A stretch of DNA of 64,000 nucleotides from Eutreptiella sp. 'Long Island Sound 2002' (Eukaryota; Protista; Euglenida). The stretch covers positions 179,552,001-179,616,000 of the forward strand of contig OZ038378.1 in assembly GCA_964036045.1 (NCBI GenBank). Reading direction: 5' to 3'. The notes beneath the pieces are model-generated. The model did not search any database. It was not told where the DNA came from and saw only the letters and a program-made list of their open reading frames with translations. The translations under genes were made by a program, and so were the position numbers. Positions 51,379-63,753 of the stretch are shown one piece after another. The first letter of the stretch is position 1. Every line of letters begins with the position of its first letter.

Positions 51379-51586
51379 CTGGTTTGCAGGCTGCACCTGG
51401 AAGAGGAACATGGGGTACGGCTTCAGCTTCTGCAACGCTTTTGTCAAGGAAGAACACAACAGGTCGCCAGGAGTACAACGGCGAAGCTTTCGACTCGTCT
51501 CCTTTGGCTGTCCCCCCTTGGGCTTGTTTCTGCTGTTGGGCTTGGTCTCTGTCTGCTTGCGCCTTGTCATCGCTGGCCACGTGTGA
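51379..51586 (+). CDS. Gene 2 exon 4: C-terminus with hydrophobic anchor
   Basis: Phase-2 acceptor ccacctAG|C gives MRQPRR-S-WFAGC...LGLFLLLGLVSVCLRLVIAGHV*. Total CDS 1,155 nt (384 aa). Confidence 0.6.
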
Positions 51587-53660
51587 CGAGGGCGAGGAAG
51601 CCAGTGCACGTTTTTCACTGCACACGCCTCTTCAAATCTTCGTCTCAAATGGACGCATGGCAATGGCGTAGCAATCGGCAACGCAGTGCAGGTCCAAAAA
51701 GAGGGGCGCCCCGTCCCCATGGCACCACTTCTTCTTTCCAGTGGCTCTTGCCATCCACACAAACGTGACCTTGGACGCTCTGGCACCCTTTTATTTTGAA
51801 GGCTTCCTGAAGGGGCACGCCGGCCACGGCCGCAGGATGAAGGGCGTGGCCGTCAGGACCCCTGGAGGGAGTACCGTACGCGGTGCAGGCACGGCATGTG
51901 CAATGGGGTGGCCCCGCAGAGCCGGCCAAGGGTAAAATGAGGAAGGCTCGTGCAAGACCCGCGACTCTTCCGGAGGCCCAGCCTGCAGCATCTGAAGAGG
52001 CCTGCCAAAAGCAAGTGGTGCAGATTCACACCCTCTCTTTTGCACGTGTCAACTCACGTGTCCCTTCCCCCCCCGTGTGGACCCACACAGAGCAGTGAAA
52101 CAGGGAAGTTCGGGCGCTCTGTTGGCACAACCTACCAAGGGAAAGGAAAGGGAAGTAGAGAGGGAAAGATAGGCCAAGGAGGGAGAGGAAGGACACAGGG
52201 TGGTGAGAGGGTGATGAGCACTACTGCCTCTGGAGGGAAAGGGTCCAAGGGAAGGGCAGTAAGTAGCGATCGGCCAATTGGCGCCGCCAGCTGCAGACCG
52301 AAACACACCATGGCGTCATGCCAACCCCCCCGCGCCCCGCAAGGACCAAATGGCCTCATGACCAGGAGTGCGCGGAAATGCGGTACTGCACAGCTCAAAA
52401 ACCAAGTCGGCGATATCACGGCGTACAGGCCTATATCATGTCAGAACAGATGAGTGTAAAGCGCATGAGTTGACATAGGTGTGGGCGCATTGAGGAGGAT
52501 GGGGCAGTCTTCTGAAGCAGAGAGTGTGGTTGGAGGGTGCGGGGTCCATAAGGGCCGGCCATGTCGGGTGTGCACGCACTGGAATAGAGCAGAAACCCCT
52601 CGTTAGGTCTTTTTTTCCCCTCTTTTGCGACGGTGCACGTCATGGCACGTGGCATCTCTGGAGCCAGCGTAGCCACCGCAATGCACCGGTGTGCAGGCCG
52701 GGCTCCGTGACCCCGTACACATCTCAGAAGGAATTAAAATGGTATTTTTGGAATCAGCACGACAACCGGGTATGGAAAAGTCATTGTTTGTGTGGGATGA
52801 AGTAAAAAGACAAGAAATTGCGACCAATTTTGGCCTCAAAAACGTTTTCACGGATTTCATCATGAATGATCAATGGTCCAGGTCACTTTTGGGCCACCCC
52901 AGGGGGCTTTCAGGGGTCGGTCCACAGAGCCTCCGATTTTTTTTGGGGGAGGGGGGGTCCGACCTGCAGGGTCTATTGCCCCCCGGGAGCCCCTAGTGTT
53001 ACCAACAATATTAACCACACAACCCACCCACACCTGCCCCTGAATGCATCTCCGAGCGATTGAGGGTCAGTGGTTCGTAACCCCCCACCACCATCACCTA
53101 TACTCCCCCTCCCCTCAAGGTTCTCAGAACTTCGGGGACCTACAGCTCCCCAATCTGAAACCAGAAGAACTGATGAGGCAAAGATGTGCAACAACACGTA
53201 AGGTACAAAGCAGGCTCATCTCTGCACTCGGAATCCCCCTCATCACTCTTGCCAAGAAGACAACTGAAAGCACAACACACAACATATGGCTCGAAGTGCG
53301 TGAGGGTAAAGTGAGACCCTAACCTATAACCTCCCCACCCCCGAGCCCCACACCCCCCACGCACCTATCCCCGCTTGACACTGCCTTCTACAATCCTATA
53401 TCAGGGGTGGGGTGAGAGGTGGGGCTTGTGGTTTATGACATTCACAGTGCTTGTAGCACCGAATTCCGAGGCTGCGGAGGAAGTTCAAGTGGATAGGCAG
53501 TTTACGTGGGTCTCACCGTGGATGACGTTGAAGCTGATGGCTGTGAACATTTCAAGAGCGGTTGGTTCTGGCTTGCAAGCGGTGGGCCCTCAACACGGTG
53601 CCGTCCTTGGCGATCTGTCCAGCATATGAGTTGGAACTGTGGAACAGCGGGGATGTGGTA

Positions 53661-54279
53661 CCCTCCCCCCCCCCCCCTTGCGCTAACACGGGCTTGTCCA
53701 AACATGGAGACCCCGTGTTTCCGCACTTTTGGTCCTTTTTTTGAACCGTCGTTTTTTCGGTTCTGATCCAATAGAGAACGGGGTTTACAGCTTTGTGCAG
53801 GATGCAGGAAGGGTCAATATGGGTGACAAAGTGTTGCTACAGCTATAATTCCATGCGCTCTTGTACTTTGGGGTGTATGCCGGTGTGTTGGACACTCTTT
53901 CATAGTCATGAACGAGATTAACAAGAAATTGAACCGTGAAATTGAGGAATTGCCTGCTCCCAAGGCAGCCCCGAAGCCAGCCCCAAAAGGCAAGCATGTC
54001 CAGCTCTTCAAGATGAAGCGGAAGGTTGGCAAAGGGTTCTATTCAGTGCCTGTCAATCAGAATGAGAGTGACTGAGTGACACCTGAGTTGTGTGGCTAAA
54101 GAAAAATGACTTGTGCTGTCATGTTGGGGTGGTTAAGGTTGCGCTATGCCTGCAACTTGTGTTCCGCAGTACGTGCCGCGCGCTAACACGGGCTTGTCCA
54201 AACACGGGGACCCCGTGTTTCCGCACTTTTGGTCCTGGAACCAGAACCTGGCCCGTGTTTGCGCAAGGGGGGGGGAGGG
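53661..54279 (+). mobile_element. TA-flanked non-autonomous TIR element with PKAAPKPAPKGKHVQLF remnant
   Basis: TA|ccctccc...cttgcgctaacacggg ... cccgtgtttgcgcaaggg...gaggg|TA. Internal duplicated subterminal block at ~53680-53735 and ~54180-54235. Confidence 0.85.
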
Positions 54280-54585
54280 TACTGTGCAACCGTGCGGCTG
54301 CCGAACTGGATTGTTGGGCTGTGGGCCTGTAGGATTGTGGTAATGTGTAACTGTGGCGCTGTGGGGCTGTGTCACTGTCGGGTTCTGGCATTGTGGAACT
54401 GTGGGGTTGTGAGGCTGTGGAACGAGGACTGTGGGACTGTGGGGCTATGAGACTGTGTGACTGTGGGACTGTGTGGCCATGGGACTGTGCGACTGTTGGA
54501 CTATGGGACTGTGGAGCTATGAGACTGCTGGACTTTGGGGCTGGCCATGGGTCTGTGGAACTGTAGGACAGGTGCAGGACTGTAG

Positions 54586-55251
54586 CCCCCCCCCCCCCCC
54601 ACTTTGCCAGAGCAACGCTAGTGTCAGAGCAACAGTACCAGGAGGGGAAAAATTTGGGCGCGGGGAAAAGTTGTTTGGACAAATTTCGAAGCCCTCCCTC
54701 GTACCAAATATTTCCTTCAATTTTAAGGATTCTTTGTGCCATATTGAGCCAGAAGGTGCCATAACGACACCTTTTTTTTTTCCACTATGACATGCACACT
54801 CTGATGTTACAGTCTGCTAGATCGTGATGTAGCTTAGTTGGTAGTTGTTCTGGGTATAAGGGTCCTGGGTTCAAACCCAGCTTAGGGTTTTTTTTTTGCT
54901 TCGCTTTTTTTGGCCTTCTTTATGTCTGCACATCTGCATGTCATCTGAACGTCACCTGAACGTTGTATTTATGCCCTCCTCATCCACTAGGAAGTAGCAG
55001 CAAGGGGCCGCATACCAAATTTTTCCTTCATTTCTAAGGAGCAATACCAATTTTTTACCCCTTTAATTTTGGTCATCCGAAAAAAAAACCTCTTAAAATT
55101 TGTCCCCTCCTGGTAGGTGTTCCGCAACATTTGGAACCATGTCCCATTTTGTCTCTTATAAATGCCCCCCCTTTGTCAGAGTAACCGTCGGTGTTGTTTC
55201 CGTCAAATTTTGGGAGTTTAGTGTTGCTCTCGCAAGTTGGGGCCGGGGGGG
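54586..55251. mobile_element. MITE with poly-C/poly-G ends inserted in an 8-bp-period minisatellite
   Basis: cccc..actttgccagagcaacgcta versus tagtgttgctctcgcaagttgggg. ctgtggga-type repeats flank both sides. Confidence 0.65.
54823..54897 (+). ncRNA. tRNA-derived Pol III-like cassette (pseudo-tRNA or SINE head)
   Basis: A-box-like TAGCTTAGTTGGTAG (54830-54844), B-box-like GGTTCAAACCC within a CTGGG/CCCAG stem, then a T10 run. The anticodon arm is shortened and the acceptor stem does not pair, so it is not an intact tRNA. Confidence 0.5.
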
Positions 55252-56869
55252 AAGGAGTGTTAGGCTATGATTCTGGTGCTCTGGTGCTGTGGGGCTGTAG
55301 GACTGTGGGTTTGTGAGAGTATGGGGGATTGTGGGACTCTGGGATTGTAGGGCAATGTGATTGGAGGACTGTGGGGCTATCGGACTACGGAACGGCTATG
55401 GGAATGTGGAGCCTTGGGGCTGTGGGACTTGAGCGCTGTGTGATAGTGGGGCTGTGGGATTGTGGGACTGTGTGCCTATTTAATGGGCACTGCGGGACTT
55501 GGAGTGGGGGACTGTTGGGATGCAAGTAAATGCAAATCACCTGAAGGAACATCACTGGAATTCCGGTTTCCACAGTCCCGGCATCGGATTCACCAGGAGC
55601 CTCATACCATACCATACAGACCACCATAAATTTGCACTCATGAGGCTGACTTTTGCGGTTTGTTGGGGATTTATGTTTCTGTGCATGGCGTGAAGGGCTG
55701 ACATGGTACTATGTCCTTTCCTACCAAACTGTCGAACCCTGCAGCAATCAAACACTGCCGAATGTGTTTCTCAGAAAAGGTCACACATTGTTTCTGTTTC
55801 TGTCTGCTTTCCTGTGATATTTATTTTGGGGGTGGCAGGCACTTCTCGTGGGACTCCGGGATATGTCAGATTCTGGGGAATAGGCAACCTTCCTGGCAGG
55901 GCGCCGGAGTCCCCCGGGTCGTTTCAATTGGGAAGATGGGTTTTCAACCTCAGGGGGGCAGAGGGTCAATGAGCCCCCAAAAACTGGGGGTAGGGGAGTA
56001 GGGAAAAGGGCTCAATTGACAGGGCGACCCGAAAATTGCTTCGCAGGGGGGGGGGATGGCATGGGCTCCCGGCGAAGGAGGGGGGGCGGGTTCCAGAAAT
56101 GGGCTTCTGTGCCGGGCCCTTTGTTTTGCGTAAGGACGGATGTTGCCGCCAAAGGCGCCGGAACACAAATTTTGGCCCGGAAAAGTTGTTTCCACGAAAA
56201 ACTTTTCCCCCACATATGTGTAGTCAAAATGATCAGCGCAACGTGGGGATCATTTTGAGCCATATTTGTTGGGATCGACACCCCCCCCCCCCCCAGGTAG
56301 GGCAGCCCTGGCCCAAACCAAAGCAATTTTCTTCCCACCCAGGGGGCATTGTTTCCCTTGGCGCCAAAGGCACCGAAGCAACTGCTAGTCAATGGTGGCC
56401 TACTGCAGAAAATTCCATGATGCAAGCATGTCCATCACATGGGTTGCTTTCCCCTGGGGTATGTCCTTACAAGCCTGCACTGACCCCCCTAGTCCAGACT
56501 GATTACCGGGGCCAAGCTTGTGAGGAAAGGAACATTGTACACTGTACACCACTGCAAACCGCTCACTTTCTCCTTGGGGGCGCGGTGTGTGGGAAAGTAG
56601 GCTATTCTGGACCCATTTTCCTCGATGGCCAAGATGACTGCGGTGACCACTGTGTTCCCATGCACAGGACTGCCCCAGATTCCTACTACAACGGGTCAAA
56701 AAGCAAACTATTTTCCACACTGAAATTGCCAGAATGCTGTCGGTTTTCGATCTAAAATCTGCTGTTTTTGCCCTGTGAACGAATGCTTCCCTGGTGGTGG
56801 CTGGTTTTCAGAGTGGTAATGGGAAAGCTATTTTACTATTGGGCGCTGTGCAGAAACGCCCTTGTCCCC

Positions 56870-57060
56870 ATCCTGGTCCCTGTCAGTGCCTTGTCCATGT
56901 GCCAGTCCGTGTTACTGCCCCTGTCCTTATTCGTGTTGCGATCCCTGACCCTGTCCCTGTCCATGTCGGTGTCCGTGCTCCTATCCCTCTTCCTGTTTGC
57001 GTCCATACTCCCTACCCCTGTCCGTGTCTTTGTCGTTGTCTCTGTCCATGTCCCTGTGGG
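56870..57060. repeat. Decayed hexamer repeat (CCTGTC/CCGTGT-like)
   Basis: 6-bp periodicity producing alternating-residue pseudo-ORFs. Confidence 0.7.
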
Positions 57061-58970
57061 GGCACTGACAAACAGATTTTCATGGACCAAGATGGTGTCC
57101 TTGATTGTCCTTAAGCGCACTTGGAGAAAGTCATTTTCTACCTGTTGTTGAGCCGTCTTCGGTCCATTTTCAAGGTATTTCAGGAATTTGCTGGATGCAC
57201 ATGGGCCCAAAAAATGGGTGTCCATAATTCAAGAGCATGATTTTGCTCATCCCAGGTCCTCAATCAGTTTGGAATAAATTTCTTTTGACCCCCACTCGCA
57301 CATCCCTGCCCCCCCCCCCCCCCCCTCGCATGGCCCACTTGCAAAGACCCCGAGTTTAGTTGGTGTGTAAGCATGGGGTGGTGTGTGTCCCACTGCTTGT
57401 TGCCCCTTCCCTGTCTCATGCCCCATTCTGCACTTTGCTTTGCTTTCAGAGAATGATCACAATGTTATTGTGCCCCAAAGCAGATAAAGGGGCTAGTTAT
57501 GGACTAGTTTGGTACTGAAAAACTGGTCGACCTGAATCATGCTCGTTGTTGCTTATTTGTGCTATGGACTGCAATCCCAGAGTCAAACATGCCCTAACAG
57601 GAAGATGTAAGTGATGCTGCAATGTATGTTGCTGGTGTAGTGCCCAGGCTTCAGAAATACCTTTCGGATTTACCAACTTCTTGTGGGCAAACGCCGTGGA
57701 TCGGATAGCTTTGAGTGCACCAACCCACCACTCTTCCCCTTGCCCAAGCAGGGCCTCCAGTTGTTGTGTGATCCTGGACTTGGTGTCCTCACATTTGAGG
57801 AAAGAGTTTGGGGTGCGTTGGCGTCGTTTGGCTCCTGTGTACCTGTGGGGGTGGGTGGCAATAGGGTGGCGACCAATGCCCGGTGGTCGCCTTTGCCCAT
57901 TTTACGCACGAAACATCGGACTAGTGAGGAGCACATGTGTTTGGAGACGTTCCCTGAACGCTGGCAGTTTCGTGGAAAAAACATTGTCACCCAATGTACC
58001 GACCAAACTGTAATATTTGAAAAAATATTTAATTCCCGGCACAGGGTGTTGTTGTCCGCAAAAAAAAACAGAAAAAAATATCAATTTTTGGCGTCATGCC
58101 TTATGCAAAAATGGGTTCCGCCAAAAAAATCGCAAAAATACAATAATTTTTGCCCCCGATCGACATTTCTATGCCTGTGTAGGAATGGACTGCAATCCCA
58201 GAGTCCAAGGTATGCACGGTTTCTTGCAGTAGCAACAAAATGAATCAACCCCAATCTCCAAAACGCAAAAAAAAACGCAAAAAAGTAGTAATTTTTGGCG
58301 TCATGTTTTATGGAAAAATGGGTTCCGCAAAAAAATTGCAAAAATAAAACAATTTTTGCCCATTTTTGCCCATTTTGTATGCCGTCGCAAAAATTTTGCC
58401 TATTATTAATTCCACCCAACGCAAAAGTTAAGATCCCGAAAATCTTTAGAATTCGGGCGGTAACATGGGGGGCTACCTACCAGCCCAATTGGATGCCGGT
58501 CTCACCGATGAGACAGTCCTTTTGGGGTGTGCTATACAGAAAGGCCAATCCAGTATTCATGGGCCCACGGTAGACAACTCGAATACTGCCATGTTAGGCA
58601 TCTTGAACATGGACTCAATGAACCATAGGTGACATTACTCTGACGACGACGGACGGCTGCGAGTCATCATCAGGAAATGGAATTGGCTGCTGCAGAAAGT
58701 CCTTGGGCCCACTCAAATGTTTGCTAAGGCATCGCCATGACATTTCGAAAGTCACTCAAGATTCTTTGCCATTGTTCATTTGCATTTTGTGTGGTACCTT
58801 CTGCTACCAGCTTGTTGACCATGGCACAATGAGGAGGTGCCTAATATATGGGTGGTGTGATACACAGACTCCATTTTCTTCACTCTGAAAGGTAACAAAC
58901 TCGCTCATATTTGTTGCCTACCTTTGCCACACTGAAGACACAGCCTAGTGATTTGTGTCTCTTAATCCTA

Positions 58971-59350
58971 CCCCCCCTTCCCCCTTGCGCAAGCACCGCC
59001 TTGTCTAAGCACTGGGACCCGGTCTGACCGTCACTTTTACCAAATTTTCTGACCACGGTCTTTATGGTCAGAAACTAGGCAAAGCGTGATTGTGTGCCGA
59101 TTGTAGAGGGAAAGAGGGGCTGTGTCATGCTTGTGATGAGTCCTCCTGCTCACAACAACATTCTGCTTGGTACTGCACCCCGCTGCTCTTTGTTTTGGTG
59201 TGATTTTCCAAACAAACCCATTCCAAAGCCTGCTGCCAAGCCTGCCCCAAAGCCTGCCCCAAAGGGCAAGCATTTGCAATTGTTCAAGATGAGGCGCAAG
59301 GTTGGAAAGGGCTTCTATTCCACAGCTCCTGATGCCCCTGACCCGCAGTG
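58971..59350 (+). mobile_element. Partial member of the TA/CCCCCTTGC TIR family
   Basis: TA|cccccccttcccccttgcgcaagcaccg left end. KPAAKPAPKPAPKGKHLQLFKMRRKVGKGFYS is near-identical in protein to the 53.9 kb tract. Right end not found. Confidence 0.65.
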
Positions 59351-61313
59351 AGGACCTCCAGAACTTGCTGAACTTTGCCTACACATTGTGTTCTAGTGCC
59401 CACAGTACCGCACAGTGACCATGTCCTCTGAAGACACTAGGTCTTGTTCAAAGGACACACAAAGTCACCAACATGGCCTGCATTCAAACAGGAGGGCCTC
59501 CACGCCTGACAGAGATGTATTGCACACGTACATTGTTTTCTGTGGACCATGGCTGACGATGGCCGTCACCCTCTGGCATCCGCTGGGCTGTGGACTCAGT
59601 TTAAAGCGTGTGCAATTTTATGCACACTCACAGTTCAATATATGCAAGATATGGGTCTCTGTTACAGCATAGTATGAAAAGTGGGCACAGCGCACGCACA
59701 ACTCGCACACCGTGTGCGACACGCCCCCCTGCATGGTTTTCCCCCGTGATCATTTCAGTGCTTCATTTTTCGTTTCACTTCGATAGCCAAGGTATTATAC
59801 TTTTGGTTCCAACTACCACCGCCTGTGTGTCTCAGCAAAGCTACACAACACAATGCGACAATGCACCCTTCTCCATCATCTTGGGGGCCATCATTGTAGT
59901 TTGACACTAGGTGGTTTGGAGGTTCTTCCAAATTGGGGATATGGCACAGCGTATTTTTCACCCCTTCTCTCCCGCTTCCTTTCCACCCCCTTTCACCCGT
60001 GTTAAGCGGTGTTCGGTGCATGCCGTCCTGCTGCGGTAAGCACTCTCTATGTACAAATATAGATGACTCCGCATAGGGCAGACATCTATGCACTAGGATA
60101 GCCAGTTTGCTGCCCCTTCAAGTGGTGTAATGTGGTCGGTTTGTGAGCAGGGGGGTTTGCACCCACCATGGCGGAAGTTGTGGGTTGTGCAACATGGACC
60201 CAAGGACCAGCAGCGCCCGACCATGTTGGTGCTGTTGACATGGAGAATAGTTTCATTTGCAGCAAAAGACTGTGCATGCTGACAATTATAAGTCCAATGT
60301 GAGGTTCTTGACCATGCTTTGGGGTGCACTCGTTCATAGATGCACCAGAATCATCACGAAATCTCTGGATTTTCTTAAATTTCTCTGATTTAATGCTGGA
60401 AATTTTGCACGCCCTGTGTGTTGCTGTGTCCCCGCTGTGCAGACGCTACTCCCCCTGGGCATTGGTTCCGTATGCACAGGCAGATGCATGAGTAGTCTCA
60501 CCGCAGTTCCATTTGGAGATTGAGGAGACGGATTGCGTTGTGTGTGATACACGTCCTCTTGGCAAGTGTGATGTGTTTTCCTAATACTATGCAAACCGCA
60601 CGCTTTCAGGTGCTGGCAAACGACAAATCTTGGGTGCAGAGCAACGCAATGCAATCTCAAGCAATGATAAGTAGAGCGGCTGAGATATTTGTGAAATTGA
60701 TACTGTTTTAAAATTCAGCAGTCTTCTTGGCCATGTGAGTGGTTGTTAGGGCGCTGAACGGCCGGCTACATTCCTTGCTTGTTTGTACAGAAGATCAACA
60801 TATGCCTTTGCTGCCGCCATTCAAGACGTCTGTTCATGCCCGGGCTCAAGCCAAGGCAGCTGTGTTCATGATCAGGTCGGCAGACAGGGCCACAGCCTGT
60901 GGTGTGGGGCTGTCACACACGGCTTGGGAAGTGGTTGGATAAGGGTTGAATCGGGAGGCTCGTTGGGTTGATCGGCGTTAGAGGTGCATACTGGGATGAC
61001 TTTCTTCTGTTTCCGGGTTCTGGTCCCAAGCTGGAACCGCAACAACAGGCCTGCGAGCCCAGTACAACGATGCTTACGATCTACAGTGACTATTGGGTGA
61101 AACTGTGGTGATGTTTGTTCTTACGGTGGCAGTACTTTTATGTGACTGGTGTTGCATAATTGAGTCATACGGACTTACACAAGAGCCACCTGCATCTCTT
61201 TGGCCCCCTCCTCTTGTGCACGTTCGTACTCCCACGGCATTCACAAATGTGGGAGGCTGGGTGCCTCTCGAGAATCGATCCCTGAGCCACACCAATGACT
61301 ACTATCACGGGCT

Positions 61314-61364
<51 letters not shown>

Positions 61365-61656
61365 GGTGTGTTACATTCTTGCCCTGCCTTCCTCCGCGCC
61401 CTGATAGCTGGCCCTGCAGTAGGGAGGTATTGGAGGGTTGTGCAGTGCTGTGCAGTGTTGTGGAGTGTGGTGGAGTGTGTGGAGAGCTGTCGAGGGTTGT
61501 TTGGATGGTTGAGGATTGGTGAGGGTTGTTGACACTGGGCGCTGACTCATATTGGGGTTGTGCTCTGCTCGTGTGACTGCAGTAGTTGCACCCCTCCCGC
61601 CCCCTGGTACTACCCTTTGTTCGGACTGCACGAGGACGTGAAAGGGAGTTGTACAG

Positions 61657-62253
61657 GGCTTGTATGAGACTTTCAAAAGACTTGTGGAACACTTGTGTAG
61701 GTTCGCCCCGTACTGCTGTGCCGACGAACTGCGGGCCCAGCAAGAGGAACTGTTCCAGGGCATCTGCGACGCAATCAACTTCGATCTGGTGATTGTGACC
61801 CTTCCCAAGTGCGCCGGAGTCGAGACCAAATTTGTGTGCTCGCAGCAGAAGCTGCTTGTCGGGACGTTATGCCTCAAGGAATACGGCGCGATGAAGGAGT
61901 GGGAGCGGGTGTGCATCGTGGACGAGCGCTTCCAATGGGACGGAAGCCTCAATGACCTCCTCGCCCTAGTCCCGGGGGACACGATCGGCGTGGCGTACGA
62001 TGACACCGAAGCCGCCGTCGCCCCCACCGACGGCCGCCGGCCGACGATGGTGGTAATGTCGGCGGCGCACTACGGCCTGTTCCATCGCGTGGTGGACTAC
62101 TTCACGCAGGGCAAGCTGTTCCCGCTCATGCGGGCGATGGAGCAGAGCGCCGACCCGTTCATGTCCTTCCTCATGAACGAGGCGAAGGAGTCCAAGATCC
62201 GCGTCTGCCCCATTGCAGTGGGCCCGACGGGCCTTGCCACCGTTTCATCGTAA
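61657..62253 (+). CDS. Orphan terminal coding exon of unknown protein
   Basis: GC3-rich frame of ~198 codons with globular-looking composition, ending in TAA. Candidate acceptors at 61656 and ~61699. No upstream exon or suitable ATG was identified. Confidence 0.55.
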   Translation, partial: GLYETFKRLVEHLCRFAPYCCADELRAQQEELFQGICDAINFDLVIVTLPKCAGVETKFVCSQQKLLVGTLCLKEYGAMKEWERVCIVDERFQWDGSLNDLLALVPGDTIGVAYDDTEAAVAPTDGRRPTMVVMSAAHYGLFHRVVDYFTQGKLFPLMRAMEQSADPFMSFLMNEAKESKIRVCPIAVGPTGLATVSS

Positions 62254-62566
62254 CCCTTTCGCCTCGTGCAACGCGGTGCAGCGCGGCTTCACAATGGTTG
62301 TGGCTGGCACCGGGGGCGCCGACTCCGCAGGTCTTGGGACGCAGACTGCCCCCCCCCCCCCCCCAAAGAGGGCTCCAACCTCCAGCCGCCAACGGTACTT
62401 GCCTTCGGAGTCCAACAGTCCACGGGCCCCAGAGGCGCTCACTTTGCTTTACCCCATACGGAGGAAACCGAGAAGGCAGGGGTGATGCCGCCACTTCTGG
62501 TTTCTCCCCACACTGGGGGCCCGACATCCCCCCCCCCCCCCCCCCCCAAACCCGGCAAAACCCCCG

Positions 62567-63753
62567 TGCATCAGATTCCAGAATTGGCTGCAGCTCCTCT
62601 GTAGCAATGGATCTTCCATCTACAGTGAGTGTTGAGGGCAAGACTGCTGATGCAGAGTCCGGGACTCCTCCTGTCGGTGCCTTCCTGCACGGGCCTCGGA
62701 GGCCCTGCGTCCCGGACCCGGACCCTCCCGGACCCCGCCCCCCATCCCCAATGGGGCCTCCGGCCAGCAGTTAGTTGGCGGCGGCGGGGGGGGAGTCTGC
62801 GTCCAAACCCGAGGGGTCGCCCCCCCCCCCCCCATCCCCATGGTGGCTGCGCTTTGTTTTAAGCCGGGCAGTGTCTGTTGCATCAGCTGCCACCCACAGG
62901 GCTGCTGTCGTCCGAGGGGCCTCACAGACCACACAGCCGCAGAGATGACATTGCCCACCCCAAACCCTCCCGAAGCTACCTCTGCCCACCCCTGATCAAT
63001 TGCTCCACCGCTTCCACGTCATGGCCGACGCTCGTAAGTCTGCTTTGCCACCGCGAAAACGTTTCCTGCTCTCACACTCATTTTATGATGGCGATCAACA
63101 GACTGGGGTCGGCTTTTCTTGATCAGCATTGCTTGGGTTTACATCCGAATTTCAACCCTCGGTCCGCGTTGGTGCCTTGTTAGCCCTTTACAGGGCATTG
63201 CAGTCCACCAAAGATTTCTCTGCCCCGTGCTTCCACCCACTGATGTGGCCTGATGTTTCATACATGCTGACATGCACAAGCGCATCAAACAGGAGATCAG
63301 CTCTCCTCAAGCCTCTCCTCAAGAAAAACATCAGATCGAAGAGTGCCTATCAACTCGACCCAAACACTACCTGTCGACAATTCCTTTTTTTTTTTCACCC
63401 TGACCTGATTTTTCTTCTCGTGAGACTTTTAGTTATCAAATATTCCTCTTGGGCGTGGCATACATTGGCCGCAATGCTGCAGCATATGCAGCAGTGCGAA
63501 GAAGGCGGTGCCAGTGATTTTGTGGGTTGGCGCAACATCTCCATGGTGCCGTTGTTCTTAGCTCCTTGCGAACCCCTAAAATTTTTGCTGGCTCCCATGT
63601 TAGTTATCACTCACACTCGCCTTGTCTGACTCAGTTCTGCAATTGCATGCATCAGATTCCAGAACTGCCCACAACCTTTATGCCCCAGCTCCTCTGTAGC
63701 AATGGATCTTCTATACAGGGAGTGTTGAGGGCAAGACTGCTGATGTGGAGTCC
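62567..63753. repeat. Pair of ~95-105 bp direct repeats (62567-62660 and 63648-63753)
   Basis: Shared tgcatcagattccagaa...cagctcctctgtagcaatggatctt...gagtgttgagggcaagactgctgatg..gagtcc. Confidence 0.85.

Larger units (their letters stand above)
54310..55520. repeat. Degenerate 8-bp minisatellite (ctgtggga-like), two blocks
   Basis: Blocks at ~54310-54585 and ~55285-55520, separated by the 54586-55251 MITE. Confidence 0.8.

Noticed and set aside
56768-57225. Hydrophobic and DRDR ORFs
   Set aside because: Decayed hexamer repeat with no splice or domain support.
63458-63520. 'YIG' in the 40.2/63.5 kb repeat as a GIY-YIG endonuclease
   Set aside because: There is no upstream GIY/VY motif or downstream R..EH pattern, and substitutions between the two copies do not favour that frame.
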